A stretch of 63,422 bases of DNA, filler included, from Blastocystis sp. subtype 4 (Eukaryota): the NCBI RefSeq assembly GCF_000743755.1. It is 7 parts of 7 records of this genome, joined end to end, with 100 filler letters (N's around TTAATTAATTAA, not from the genome) between each part and the next. Parts side by side here need not be neighbours in the genome. Positions count along the whole stretch, not along the records: positions 1 to 9,118 come from NW_014569191.1; positions 9,219 to 18,240 come from NW_014569189.1; 5 more parts are not named here. One strand, written 5' to 3'. The notes beneath the pieces were generated by a model. The model was not told the DNA's origin. It saw only the letters and a program-made list of their open reading frames with translations, and searched no databases. This document shows positions 1 to 13,590 of the stretch, in pieces; positions within the stretch are counted from its first letter, which is position 1, and each line of letters begins with the position of its first letter. The position numbers were made by a program, and so were the translations under genes.

Positions 1-145
1 GACGATTGGTCAGTGCAGGTGAGAGAATGTGAGAAGAGTGACATGTAGACCTCTGTCGAAGACTGTGAGATTCAACGTCATTGATCACGAGTCTCAGAAA
101 TCCAAGGGTCTCTCCAACATCCGCAAGCAGTTCCGTATGTTCTAA
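1..145 (+). CDS. RPS11: 40S ribosomal protein S11 (uS17), 3' part; 30-nt intron 19-48
   Basis: Spliced translation TIGQCRPLSKTVRFNVIDHESQKSKGLSNIRKQFRMF* matches the eukaryotic S11 C-terminus. Confidence 0.93.
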
Positions 146-210
146 ATCGTTGTTACGAGGAATAAAGGTGAATCGATGATTTGTTTGGTTTAACAGACAT
201 ACAGAAACAA

Positions 211-2670
211 CTAATTCAAGAGAGACTGTAGGATTCGGAACGAAAGAGCTCCCATAGGTACAGTAGCGCAATCATCATATCTATACTAAACTTTTCACAT
301 TGATCATACACATGACGATTATCAGCACATTTGTTAACTTCAATAGGTTTCTGATAATCTACTAAATCCGGATAATACTCTGGATTGTCAGTAGTGAATG
401 CATATTCCCAATGATAGTCCGAACTAGGAAGAGGCGGGAAATCAATCTCAACTCTATTCCTAATCAATCCCACTTTATCGTACCCTTCAGCATAGTCTTC
501 CTCTCCCAAATTCAGAATCCCAACAGCGCGCATAGCATTGTATTGAATTGTGAAAGCAATGATTTGAGTGTCGTTATCAACAAAATAGACTTCAGGACTG
601 TAGATACGATACCACTACGTTCACACTTTCAACTCCAACACCTACTGAATGAAGTCGACGTAATTTCAACATTGTCTGAGTGAACTTGAAAAACCCAATG
701 TGACTGCCTTGTGTAGACCATACCCCGTTGTGATAATCACCAGCAAGATTGCGATCAAGTTCTTCTGGTTGTCTTGAGAAGGGAAGTGATGAGAAATACT
801 CATCTCCCATGAAGATTTGAAGAATGCCTGGAGTGATATAGAACAGAGAGTGTAGGAGCAACATACGTCGAGCAGCAAGCAAAGGATCCTTGTCTAATTC
901 TTCAATCTGATGCATGAGTCGACCCCGATTCTACTGATGAGGCATCGATACAAAAAACAACAAGAATTGACTCAGGCGTATTGAGTGATAAGACATCCTT
1001 TGAATACAGAGTAGCAAAACTTGAGAGATAGTGAGTAATGGCTGATCCGTCAATAGGCTTTGATAGAATCATATTGACCAGAGATTCACCTCTATGGATC
1101 ATAGATCTTCAGAGTCCTCACATGCTTGTATTCACTTGTCCATCATATCCTAAGCCTTTTGACGCAACCGAATCAGCAATATTCCTAATGATGCTTGATG
1201 AGTTCTTGACTGTCACTTGGCCACGTGTATCCTCGCCATACTGAATCCAGAGATCCGATGAGAACGAGCGAAGAAATGAAACAGCGGCAGTGTTGTCAGT
1301 ACCCACACCTTGTTCACACTGATCACTGAGAAGACGCAAACACAACAGACCTCGCCACCAGAAGCCTGAAAATCCGATCGAATTCACATAACGTCGTAAC
1401 ATGGTCTGAAGAAGAGATCGTGTCACAGAGTCAGTAGTAAGGTTGGGCCGATTGCATTGATGACCATCATACGTAAACAGCCCATTCGAGTCGAAAAGAG
1501 AACCAAAGGATGATGCTGAAGCAGTACCATCATAATCATACCAATCAGATGCAGTAGAGAATTGTGTGAGATCAATTTCAAGAATTGGAACAATGTTATA
1601 ACTCTTAAGCTGGAACAATAAATCATGCAACTCTGCTTGTGTACCATACGATGGATGAGGGATCCCATGATATACCACACTTGGCCGATCTAAGCATTTT
1701 GACTGAACAATATTCCTACACCAACAATGAGAGTCGATTCTGGATCCAGATTCACAGATATGAGGTTCAAGGCCCATAATTTGTACAGTCGTAACACCGA
1801 GATGATTTAGATACTCAATAACATCCATAACTCCACTATAGGTTCCGTCGCCTAAATATTAGCTGAAATGATAATGAGAACGAGTGAAAGATGGGATATG
1901 AAGTGTATAGATTACAGTACCATCTGAATTTGAAAGCATTTCTTTTCTAGATTGTTTGGAGTGAAGGGATGTACTTGAATAGTCGCCTTCGATATTACGC
2001 CATTTATGTTCAGACAGATAATCACTAAGATAAAGACCAAACCAATTCAATACATGTATTTGCCATTTTGAAGTAGATGAATTTTGCTTCCCTTCGTGTA
2101 GGTTATTCTGTAGGCAAATTCCGCTTTGTAACCAATTCCTCCTACGTTTCCAAACCAAAAGCCATCCTTTTGCTTACTACAATCAAAAATCGATTTTAAT
2201 ACCTACATCATCGCATACTCTCCTTCAATACCACCTGGGACAGAAGCTAATATATGAACCCTCGTAGCATTCGGAGCAAATACTCGAAAAGCAATCCCCT
2301 TCTTGTAATAGTTCCCATCGGCCAACTTATAAAGATTGTCACTTGTCCAGATATGGGAACCAATAAATGAAGTACTATCACAGTTATCTCCAGAGAAACC
2401 AGGTGGACAAGCTTGTGGATCTTCACTTGGAGTATCAGGCTTTTTATTTTGCAAAGCAACTATAATAATAATAACAATACATATAACCAATAGAACACCA
2501 CCAGCAATAAAGTAATAAAAACGGTTTGATTTCTTCTTTGTTTCGACAACCCTTTTCCCCTTATGACTTCCCGTTCTCCAGTCTCTATCAGAGGCACCCA
2601 AATGCCTCATTGACATGGCATAGTAATCACGAGAAGATCCAGATCTCACAGGACGATAGTATTGTGGCAT
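211..2670 (-). CDS. Type II membrane-anchored GH13 (branching enzyme/MTHase-like) protein with EGF-like motif and CBM48; multi-exon, probably catalytically degenerate
   Basis: TM FYYFIAGGVLLVICIVIIIIVAL, CPPGFSGDNC, IAFRVFAPNATRV (CBM48), YLNHLGVTTVQIM, YGTQAELHDLL, PGILQIFMGDEY; 3' end uncertain (stop at 211 or 216). Confidence 0.7.
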
Positions 2671-3332
2671 TATAGAATGAAACCAGAACTAGTCAGATCA
2701 GACTGGACGTTCACAAACGGCTTAAGAAAAAAGAATAATCAGGAAAGAAAGAATCTCTTGATTATCAAGAGTTTAGGGTGGACAACTTGACGTACATTGA
2801 AGACTAGATAATGTAAACACAAAGGATGATCGCCTAAACTCCATTTGGACACTATTTAATAAAGCAAGAAAAAGTTGTTCGCTGAGTATCTATCAGATTA
2901 GTTGATTTGACCTAAACAAAAGAAATGACATGCACGAATATGCTGTAGACTATCTCACAAAAACAATAATCGACCTTTGAATTAGAGGGTGTGAATTCAG
3001 CAACAGCGAACACATTGCCAGATTGTGAAACACAAAGCATAGAACAGTCTTACTGGTTCTATTCGTTGATTGAGCGCTTTTGTGCCTTGTATTCTTATAA
3101 TGTCAGTTCACCAATCATATTATGAAATGATTAGGAACAAGGGAGATAAACAAGTGAGGATATTTTCGGAATAGCCCCTAGTAGTATAGAATTCTCTTTA
3201 TAGAAATGGGGTCTATAAAATGTGACTGTACCATATAATATAGGATCGTGGTACCTATGCTCTCATTATTGGGACCGTCTCAACACAAACTACCACATTG
3301 ATATTGACAGAAGATTTCTAAAGAGTGTTGGC

Positions 3333-6300
3333 ATGCGCCCCTTTTTTGTTTTTTTGCTTGCTATTGGTATTTAACACTAAAAGTGGGTTAAAGCCTAGCA
3401 ATTGTCCAAGCGGCTTGTTCTGGTCAGAAGCAGACGATGACGATTCACCGAATCCATCAACAGAATACATACCTTGAAAACGTCCAAATCTGGGAAGGAA
3501 ATGCCGTTACCGGAAAATATGTTGGTATGATCAGCGGCAAGAATATGGCTGGTACTACTCATGATTATGAATTCTGTGTTGAACCGACTGTACATACTCT
3601 GCTTCTAGATCACTATTCAAGTTCGGGTTGGGGTTCCGGTTCATATTTCCAAGTTTTGGTTGGAAATGTTGTAATCATGGAAGCCACATTGGACCGCCTT
3701 AGTCTAGGAGCGTTCAAAGTGTATCGTAATGGATTGTCTCCTTTTTAATCCATAGCTTCGCTTGCTCTTAAGACCTCTTCTTCATGGAGGTATTCGGACA
3801 GTGCTGAAGGTGAATGGTATTCTTCTTCTTTCGAGGATAATTCTTGGACTTCTGCCGCTCCAGGTTCATTTTCTGCAGTTCCTACAACGACTATCACTCG
3901 TTACTATCGTGCTTCTATCGATCTGCCTGCCGATCTTGCTGGTCTTCCTGCCTACGAAGTTGGTATCAATACGAAATATGGGTACATTGTATATGTCAAT
4001 GGAGTAGAAGTCACTCGTGGGAATCTCCCTGATACTATTACTGCTGACACTCCTTGTTCATCAGTATCTGATTCTGCTGCGTATCGTCGAATTTCTCTTC
4101 CTATTCACACTCTTCCAGCAGGTTCTGTGACTATTGCTGTTGAAATTCATTTCTCGAATGCTCACTCTGAAGAGGATGATGAGTTTGCTGGTTTCTTCAC
4201 ATTTATTGTCGCTTCCAGTATTCGTAATTTTGGTGCATCCTATGCTTCGGATCATCCCAGTGACATTTCTGGTGAAGTAATGGCAAATGCATTTGATAAT
4301 GATTTCCGTACGAAGTGGACTACTACAAGTCTGCCTGCATATAACACTCTAATCTTCGATAATGATCGTAGTGATTTCATCAATGCTTATTCCATTGCCT
4401 CATCTGGTGGTTTGACTACTCGTCGTCCTACAAAGTGGACTTTAGCTGGTTCTAATGATGGTAATGAGTGGACTACTCTCGATAGTCAAGATGGGGTCCA
4501 TTTCAACGCCATGTATCAGACAAAGGTATTCACTCTGGCTTACAATGCTGTCTCATACAAGCAATATCGCTTCACTTTTGAAGCAGCTCAAGAGGGAACA
4601 GCATTAGAAGTAAGCAAAGCTAATCTTCTTGTTAACGATGTTACGTTTGCTACTACTCCTGTTCTTTCCTATCCTTCTGCTGAACTCTTCATCGGTCAAA
4701 CGAATGTGTATCTCCATCCTCTTCAGGGTGGATTCCATTCCTTCACCATCTCACCTTCGACTCTTCCTTCTGGCCTTACTTTCTCCACAGATGCTGGTAC
4801 GATCTCAGGTACTCCAACTGCAGCTGCCACCGCATCAACGTTTGTGATCAGTGCTCAGCATACTGCAACAGGCAGTACTTCGTATTCATATTCACTCTCC
4901 TTATCAGTTATCGACTGTACAGGCAGTCGTGTACGAGTTGATATTGTGAAGCACGATACTCATCAAGGTAGTAATGAATACTGGATACTGAAACAGGGCG
5001 AGACAGAAATTGATTCTCATCATGGTCTTGATATCTTTGCTAGTCAATCGATCACTGATCATGTATTCTCATACTGTCTGAATTCTGATATCTATTCTCT
5101 TGTTCTTGGTCATGACTATGCACATGGTTGGTATCCATCTGCCTATATTGAGGTGCGTGCATATGTTGATGATGATGAGACTGTCACTCTTCTCCATCAC
5201 ACTCTACTTGCTTCCGAGACTGAACCTATTACTGTCACTTTCAGTACAGCTCTGCTCTCTACTGCTGATCTGACTTCATGGACCTATCGAGCAGACGGTA
5301 CGATTCCTGATGGCTGGAGTTCCTCTTCTTTCTCAGGATCCTGGAGTTCTGTCCCATCGACCACTCCTATTGTGGCTCAAAATGTCTGGTTGTTCCGTCG
5401 ACAGATCACTGTGTCTTCTATTACTGGCTACAATGGATTTGTGATGCGTTCAAAGGTGCGTGGTGGTGTTGTCGTGTATCTCAATGGAGCTGAGGTGTTC
5501 CGTGCTAATGTGGACGGTACTATCACCAGCTCATCAACTGCCACTTCTTCTGAGACTAGTCCTGTGTGGCGATCCTTCTCTGGACGTCTTGGAGCTGGTA
5601 ATCTGATTGCTGGACAGAACACCTTTGCTGTAGCTGTGGTGAACAGTGATGCTTCTTCTGTGACTATGGATACTGCCTTTGTCATTCATCTCCTGGCTGG
5701 AACATCCCTCTCACTTGGTCTGGAGACAACGGTGACTGATTCCAGTCACAATAGTGATTCGGTGATGGGTGTGAATCTGTTCCATGGTGACTATAGCAAG
5801 CAGTGGGAGTCATATTGGGAAAGTTCGACTCGTACTGTTACTGCTACCTTTGCAAATGGAAGCAAACACTTGGTGAATCAGTATTGTATGGTGGCTGGAT
5901 GGGACTATCCTATGGGCAATCCCAGAGATTGGACAGTTGCTGTCTCTGTAGATGGTTCTACTTTTGTTGACAAGAGCTCAGAGAGTCAGATTGAGTTCCC
6001 TGCTAGTTACAGTAGACTGTGCTTCTATCTTCCTGGTGTGACAGAGCCTATTCGAGCTATTCGTTTCAGTTTCACTGAGATCTATGCATCCACATCCAAT
6101 CTCCATCTCAATGCTGTTGATCTCTACTATGTCGATACATCTTCACTGACAATCCCTTCATTCACATATCCATCCACGATTTCCCTGAAGGTTGGAGTTG
6201 ATATAACAGATTTGGATTCACCTTCATTCTATTACTATGATTTCTCTATCACTCCAAATCTTCCTGATGGTGTGGTCCTTCAGACCAATGGAAGAATCCG

Positions 6301-8218
6301 AGGTCGTCCTACGTCCTTGTTGCCTGTTAGCGCGCATGTTCTTACTGCTAAGAATTTGAATGGAGAGACTGTATCAGTTAGTCTCACACTCACTGTGGAA
6401 GAATGTGGAGTTGCTAATACACTCCTTGCTTACAACATGGAAACCACTGGAAATGCTGGAGAACGTATGCAGATTCTGTTGTATCTCTCAGATGGAACTA
6501 TTGTTTATAATAATTATAACATTCCAAATTACTCAACACTTATGGACATGGCATGGTGTATTCCTAAGGATGTGTTCACATTTGTCCTGTTGGATCAGAC
6601 AAATGCTGGTTGGGCTAGTCCTTTCTATATTACTTCTGATGGTGAATCTGTTGCTTCTGGCTCTATGAGTGAAACCAATTCACCTAAGACGATTACTGTT
6701 GCTACTCTGTCGTATATTCTTGAGAATTCGCAGTCTTTCAAATATCTTGTATCCAATCTGGAGCCTCCAACCAATTGGTATCTTCCTACAACCTCACTAA
6801 ATTGGCCTGAAGGTACTCCTGACTCGTTCCCTCCTGTTGAGAGCATCACTTCGTATTACTGTACTTCCTTCACTGCAATGTCGTTGGACCTCTTTGCTGG
6901 CTATCGTTTGGCTATCAAAACATGTGGTGGTTTCATTGCTTATCTCAATGGTGAAGAAGTGAATCGTGTGCGTCTTCCTACACATACGACTCGAACTACT
7001 CCAGCCACATCAGCCTTCTCAGAACCCACTTGGGTGACCATGGGAATGGGCATTCAGTCATCAGTTCTAGCTGAGGGTGAGAACTATCTGTGTGTCGAAG
7101 TACACAAGGCTTCTGTGAGTTCAGATGATAATGAATTTGACGTGTACATTCGTCCTATAGCTGGTGGTGATGACCTGGTGACAGATGGCACGTACACGTT
7201 CTCTCATCCAGGATTCAATGATGGTACTTGGTTTGAAGAGATTTCAAATGCTGTTGATAAGAATACTGGTACGAAGTTCTTTTCAGATGACACTTCATGT
7301 ACGTCTGGTGGAAGTGCATGGCTTCAGTGGACCTATAACAATGAACGAAAAGAATATGTGACTCGTTTTACCTTTTATACCGGTAACTCAGCTCATCGTA
7401 TGCCAAATACCATTCGTCTTCAAGGTTCTAATGATGGAACCACATGGGATACTCTGGTAAATAAACAGAATACTTTGTCAAGCTGTTCGTATGGTACTTC
7501 CATCTCGTTTGATTTCCTCCCTACAAAGGCTTACCATCATTATCGATTTGAAGGAGTGGGTTGTTCTTCTCAGGGAATTGAATTTGGTGAGTTGTATATT
7601 TACAACAATCGTATGGACAATGTGTGTGCCCGAAGAGATCGTATTCCTGCTGCTATTGAAGGTACCTATGTTGATGGATCCTGTCCTGATGGATACTTCG
7701 GAACAATCACATATCTCTGTTCTGGAGGAGAATTCTATGAATCTGGTAGAGAGTGTACGGTTAATCCTCCCACTTATGTTACATATGGTGAAGACACGTA
7801 TACCTGGTATACAAAGAAGGAGATCACTCCATTGACACCAACGTGTGATGGTCAGAGTGTCAGTTATAGTGCTCTTCCTAACCTGCCTGCTGGAGTCACA
7901 CTGAATAGTCAGACTGGTGTGATCAGTGGAAAGCCTACAGTAGCCTCAGAGGAAACTCGTTATTCCATTTTCTGTAGAAATGAAGGAGGACCGGTGAATA
8001 CAGTATTGAAAATCACGGTTATTGAATCGAAAATGCCGGTGTGGCTTCTTGTTATTATTGTTGTGGTGGTTGTTCTCGTTATTGCTGGTATCGTTGTTGC
8101 TATTGTGTTTGCTTCCCGAAAGAAGGCTGCAAAAGGAAAGAAGGGTAGCAAGAAGACTCTTCCTAAGACAGCCCCTAAAGTGAAGGAGACTACTGCTTCA
8201 AAGAAAGTATCTGTGTAA
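3333..8218 (+). CDS. Large secreted type I membrane protein with repeated jelly-roll, F5/8C (discoidin)-like and putative-Ig modules
   Basis: Signal peptide MRPFFVFLLAIAIVQA after a short intron; AFDNDFRTKW...WTLAGSNDGNEWTTLD; TISPSTLPSGL...GTISGTPT repeats; C-terminal TM followed by a Lys-rich tail. Confidence 0.8.
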
Positions 8219-8284
8219 TTCATATTCTTCCTACTTGTTATCTTATGATGTCTCTGTTTGTAACAAACACTTTCATAAACGACT

Positions 8285-9118
8285 TCATTCAACACGAATC
8301 TTATCTACATCAAATCGGACCTTGATATTCATTGCAGCCAATTCATTCACTAAATAGCGGGTTACATAAGGCATGGGGATCACATGACATGAAGTACTTG
8401 TCTTGCATACATGACACATCACTACACATTACTCATTCCTTCCACTCTTACTCTTTGGTACTCGATTCTTCATTGTTGCTGCTTCTTGTTGTGTCATTTG
8501 CTTTGCTGTAGCCGACAGAATGCTTCCACACTTATCACAGATCACAGCAGGATGACGATCTGAAGAGTTCAGTAAACGCTCATGAAGGAGATAAGCAGCG
8601 CCATGAGCGATAATGGAATCACGTTCCATCTCTCCGAATCGAATACCACCATGTTTCTTTCGTCCTTTCAGAGGTTGACGTGTCAATTGATTGATAGGTC
8701 CAGTAGATCGAACTTGAGACTTATCTGAGACCATGTGACGTAGACGTTGGTAATAAACCACACCAATATAAATGTCTGCTTCTAACTTATCACCCCAGAT
8801 TCCTGAATACAATGGCTCACTTCCATAGTAGTTAAATCCAGCTGCAATCAATTGTTCACCAAAATAGTCAACAGCTCGCTGTTTCTCAGAGAATTTGAAA
8901 GGTGTAGCATCCATGTACTCACCATGCAATGCTCCAGATTTCCCTGCCATGGATTCAATCAACATACCAATGGTCATTCGAGATGGAAATGCATTTGGAT
9001 TGATGATGCAGTCTGGAGTGATTCCACTTCCTGTGAAAGGCATGTCGATTTGAGGCCATAGTACGGATAACACACCCTTCTGACCATGACGAGAGGAGAA
9101 CTTATCACCAACTACGGG
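8285..9118 (-). CDS. RPA2: RNA polymerase I second-largest subunit, 3' part (truncated by contig end)
   Basis: [68 protein letters not shown]. Confidence 0.92.
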
Positions 9119-9218
9119 NNNNNNNNNNNNNNNNNNNNNNNNNNNNNNNNNNNNNNNNNNNNTTAATTAATTAANNNNNNNNNNNNNNNNNNNNNNNNNN
9201 NNNNNNNNNNNNNNNNNN
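9119..9218. other. Artificial contig linker (N44-TTAATTAATTAA-N44)
   Basis: Identical 100-nt spacer with stops in all six frames; six copies in the window. Confidence 0.98.
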
Positions 9219-9229
9219 TTGTAAACATA

Positions 9230-10867
9230 TTATTGCTTAACTTCCTGAGTCATTCGTTCCTTTTCAATAAGATAAACAACTCTGTCTAGTCCTCCCATCA
9301 CTTTCTTCACTTCTTCTATTTCTCATTTCCTTCTTATACACTTACCTGACCATTCACTAAGAACATTTTCAGGACTCTTTGGTTCTTCAAAGCGTACTCG
9401 ACCACTAACACGATCCAGTTTCAACCATAACATTCCACTCACACATGCTTCACTCAACGCTTCTTCAGTTTCTTTCTCATCCAATTGTACCAATTCACTC
9501 ACTCGACTTAGTTCCATTTCACTTACAGTCTTACTCAACACACGAATGTTCTACATTTGATTCATCCTTCATTTCTCACATGTTCCACTACTCGTTTGCG
9601 TAACAGTTCACGCCATTTCTTACAATGTTCACCCCAGCGACTATCACTATTCTCGCACATCATTCTCACTCCTACTTCAATAATGAGTGTGTTTCAATTG
9701 TTTTCAGAGTGGGTAATGGCCACTCTAACAACTCTTCTCGTTCAAAACTCTGAAGGAAACTGCGATAATCAGGAATGTATTTCCAATGACGATTATACCT
9801 CATTCCCAGACTCTTCAAGATTGCTTGTTGTTCTGAATCATAGGGCATTAATACTGCCAACACTGTCAGACATTCCACGATCTCTCGACTCTCTTCATCT
9901 GCATCTTCTAATCGAGATACACTCAAAAGACGTTCATAATCATAAAATAGACCTTTCAGATCTTCATCATGAACATGTTGAAGAATACATAGATTCACGA
10001 ACTGTTCTATAATGTCCTATCCATCAGTTCAATCACTCTTCATCACCTCCATTCCTTCATTCTTCAACACATTCATATTCACTTTCTGAATTGTGAGAGG
10101 TACACGAACCCAGTCTCCAACTGCCTGACTCAATCGAATCTGAACTTCAACCACTTCTCTGATTCTACTTGTTCTAAAAGGAATTCAGCCTTCTCACGAC
10201 TCGATAAGGCATTACAAACCTCAACTTGAATCTCACGACTTGCTGCTGCTGCTCCTTCTAAATCACCTCGACTCTCACGTAAACGCATCAACTCACGTAG
10301 TAACATTGCTCTTTCTCCTTCCAAATACATCTACAAATCAAACTGTAGTCAAGAAACCACTTTCCCTTCAGAAGTATCCAAAAGAGTAGTCAACAAACTT
10401 AGTCGATTCTCATAGTCTTCAATTGAATTCAAGTAGGTCATTCCTTTCTTCACAATTCCACTTATCACCTACAACTCGTTTACCTTTCACTTCAATAACT
10501 CACTTTCAATCACAACCAATACTTACATCATCAGGTTGAGATCGTCGTTTCGATAATAAATGAATACAATTGTTCAGTTTCGACAAACAACCACTCTCAA
10601 AACATATATCAAGGATTTTGTCAGTTATTCGAATTGAAATACTTGGTTCTAATAACTACATATCAACAAATCAACAAATTGGACTACTACTCGCGCTTTC
10701 TTCTCTAGAACAAGTAATTGATCAATACCATCTTGAATTGATTTCTAAAAGGAATCATAAGAGAATTGAGAATATACTTGAAGGAATTGAGGAAGAAGAG
10801 CGAAGACTTGAGATATCTGATTATTGAGTTCTTCAACTTCCTCAGTATGTTTCTTCTTTGTTTCCAT
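9230..10867 (-). CDS. RPN5: 26S proteasome lid subunit RPN5/PSMD12, multi-exon
   Basis: YLEGERAMLLRELMRLRESRGDLEGAA...EIQVEV...EKAEFLLEQ; PCI domain with KLDRVSGRVRF. Confidence 0.85.
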
Positions 10868-10964
10868 ATGAATCAAGTCTCTAAAGGAAGTATGAATTGA
10901 AAGAATAGAGTTGAAATGATCGACAGAAATGGAAACTATTTTGGTTGACTTTGACAAACAGTTG

Positions 10965-12041
10965 ATCGATTTCCATTCTTATATATATCCCATAACATAA
11001 TGTTCATATCTGAACTTCCAGAAACGATAGATTTCCTTTTTGAGAACATGATTGTATTAACCTCTTTTGTATGATTGGAAAGAATGGCCAATGGCTGATT
11101 ATTCCGTAGACCGAAGAGACGAATTCTACTCGTGAAAAGATGCCTTCAAGACAACTTTCCATCTTTTCCTCCACTGGCTAACAATCTCGAATCACAACGA
11201 ATAGCCAAAGACAAAATCCCGGATGTTGGTAACGATATACAAGAATTTTCAGCAAGAGAAGAACAGTTACCAATTGTGATCTTGTTTGATATTCCACCAC
11301 ACGCATAGGTTGTAAACTCCTCATTTGTTGTGAATGCGATTACTAAAAAGTAACAGCCACTACAAAAAATACATGGTTCTGACGAAATACGAGTTTCTTC
11401 TATAATAGAATTGTTTCTGCTGTCGATGCGTGCAATATGACCTGATTCAAAAGCGCCCAAACCTATAATTGAAATCTTGCAACTCATCTACAATATGAGT
11501 TGATATGTCCTTCACAGGCCATTACCATTCCTTTCGACAACTGTTTAGGAAGGAGGTGATTCGATTTCCCTTCGCGAAGGTCCACAAAATCAATACTATC
11601 ATCTTTTCCAGGGACAAAGAGAATCGTATTTCTAGAGTCATGAGCGACCGTTGCCTTCAAGAACGACAAGGAAGCGCAGGAAACTGATAATATAGGTTCT
11701 GAAAATCCTTTATCGATATCAATGACTCGAATAATGCCTTCTCGACAATGTCTATCTCTTCATATGCAATTCCAGATCTCACGTAAAAAAAGAATTCGTT
11801 GATAAAAATCGTATTTGAAGAATGCCTCCACTATTACTGTACTCTTTATGGCTCGTTATACTCCTGGTTGCAGTATTCCAGATAATAATGGTACCATTTT
11901 GGGTTCTAAAACTAAGCACTAACGGGGAGACAATACCCACCCTGAAACGAGACAATTGTTATCTTCATCATAGTCCAAGCTACTTATAGCTGATGAATGG
12001 CCACGTAAAACACAAACAGGATTTGGAGGTATTCGAGCCAT
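10965..12041 (-). CDS. WD40 protein, GNB1L/ASA1-like; stop probably completed by polyadenylation
   Basis: N-terminus MARIPPNPVCVLRGHSSAISSL; GILSLAIRCDSRLLASGGKDG; end IVSGSSDMNIMLWDIY. Confidence 0.7.
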
Positions 12042-12102
12042 AGAAAAGAATGGACAAGGAAATCAACAAATTCTTTAAAGAAACACTTCAGCAACATCTA
12101 TA

Positions 12103-13400
12103 CTACTTATAGAAAAAGGGCATCTCATTTCCACTACTTCGGAGTCTCACTGTTCCAACTCTATCCTCATCATACGAGTTAGTGTAAGGATAACTAGAAC
12201 GTAAGAAATTTGGACGGTAAAGAGAATTCTTAGGTCCCTCTCCAACAGGGAGTGACTCTTCATAATCTGGAAGGAGTAGCGAATATAAACTGCTGTCTTC
12301 ATTGTTATCCAAATCCTTGAAATGATCTAGGCCAAGGAGAGTTGGGTCATCTCGTACGAATCGACTGGATGGATAACGCTCTTGAATAGGTTGATATTTC
12401 ATTTCCAATGTATTATCACTACTACAAAGACGGGTCCATGCCGGATTCAGAGAAGAACGCAGACTATTCTCAGCAGAATTTACTTCCGATTGAAATGCAC
12501 TTTGGAAATGGTCAGACAAACCAGAAGGAGAGAAATGCAAGCCTTCTGGTTCTTGATAGACTTCATGAAGTGCTGACACCGATGGATCGTCCATAAATGC
12601 ATCTCTCCGCAAGGAATATGTTGAATAAGCACCGAGGGAGTCCTGAAGACTATCGGGAGCAGACTTAGAGGGAACACTTTCCGACACGGGAGATGTCACC
12701 ATTGGGCCTGGAGTTTTCTCAGAGACAACTTCTGAGTTCTCTGTTTGCTTGGGAATTGCACGCTTAACTTCGACATGACGTCCCAAGATTACGTGGTCTG
12801 GATGAGCCATTGCTTTCTGAACACCCGATAAATCTTTGAAAATAATGAATCCAAAACCACGGCTTTTATGGTTCTCGTGGTTGTAAACCACACTACCACT
12901 TTCAACTACACCAAAAGCACTGAAGTATTTGATTAGATCATCTACATCTCACAATCATTTTAAGCTGTACCTTGGGTTGTCTGAAAATGCAAACCACCTA
13001 CAAACACTTTATTCAAATTCAATTTGGTTGCTCCATCACCTACACATAATTGATGTGATCACTATGAATACTGGATTGTGGAGGTGGAGCTTCATCCTTT
13101 GATAGAGCCCAACGAACATCTACCTACAAAATAAACAGGATAAAAGAAAACTACTCGTCTGTTATCAATAACATGCGTCTTAGTTTTGATAACACGTTGA
13201 CATACGCGATTACTATGAAAGACACAGAACCCAAATCCTCGTGATTGCCCATCATGTGTACGCATTACCGTAGCTTCCTTAACAGGACCAAACGAAGAGA
13301 AATAGGAAGCAAGGGATTCTGGTTATAAGGAAACTGTATTACATATACCATCTGTTGTACTGTATGCAAGGCCTCCTACAAATACTTTACTATGGATCAT
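12103..13400 (-). CDS. Two-RRM RNA-binding protein (hnRNP A1/Musashi-like)
   Basis: KVFVGGL (RNP2) and SRGFGSV/SRGFGFIIF (RNP1) each twice; HVILGRHVEVKRAIPK. Confidence 0.85.
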
Positions 13401-13590
13401 TTCCAAAATTGAGATTCCTACCAGTTTGACATTTAGAATGGTACTACGCTATTATTTAGATGACAACAAAAAGAAAGAGATGGTAATTATCTTTCTTATT
13501 GCTATAGTTTAAGCAAAAAGCAAATTGTGGTTATCCCGCGGAATGGTACATGTCTTAGTGGAAAGTTCTTTGTTTTTCAAACACTCAAGG

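Noticed and set aside
9163..9174. Periodic TTAATTAATTAA palindrome every ~9 kb as a biological repeat
   Set aside because: It is always embedded in N runs and is an assembly linker with stops in six frames
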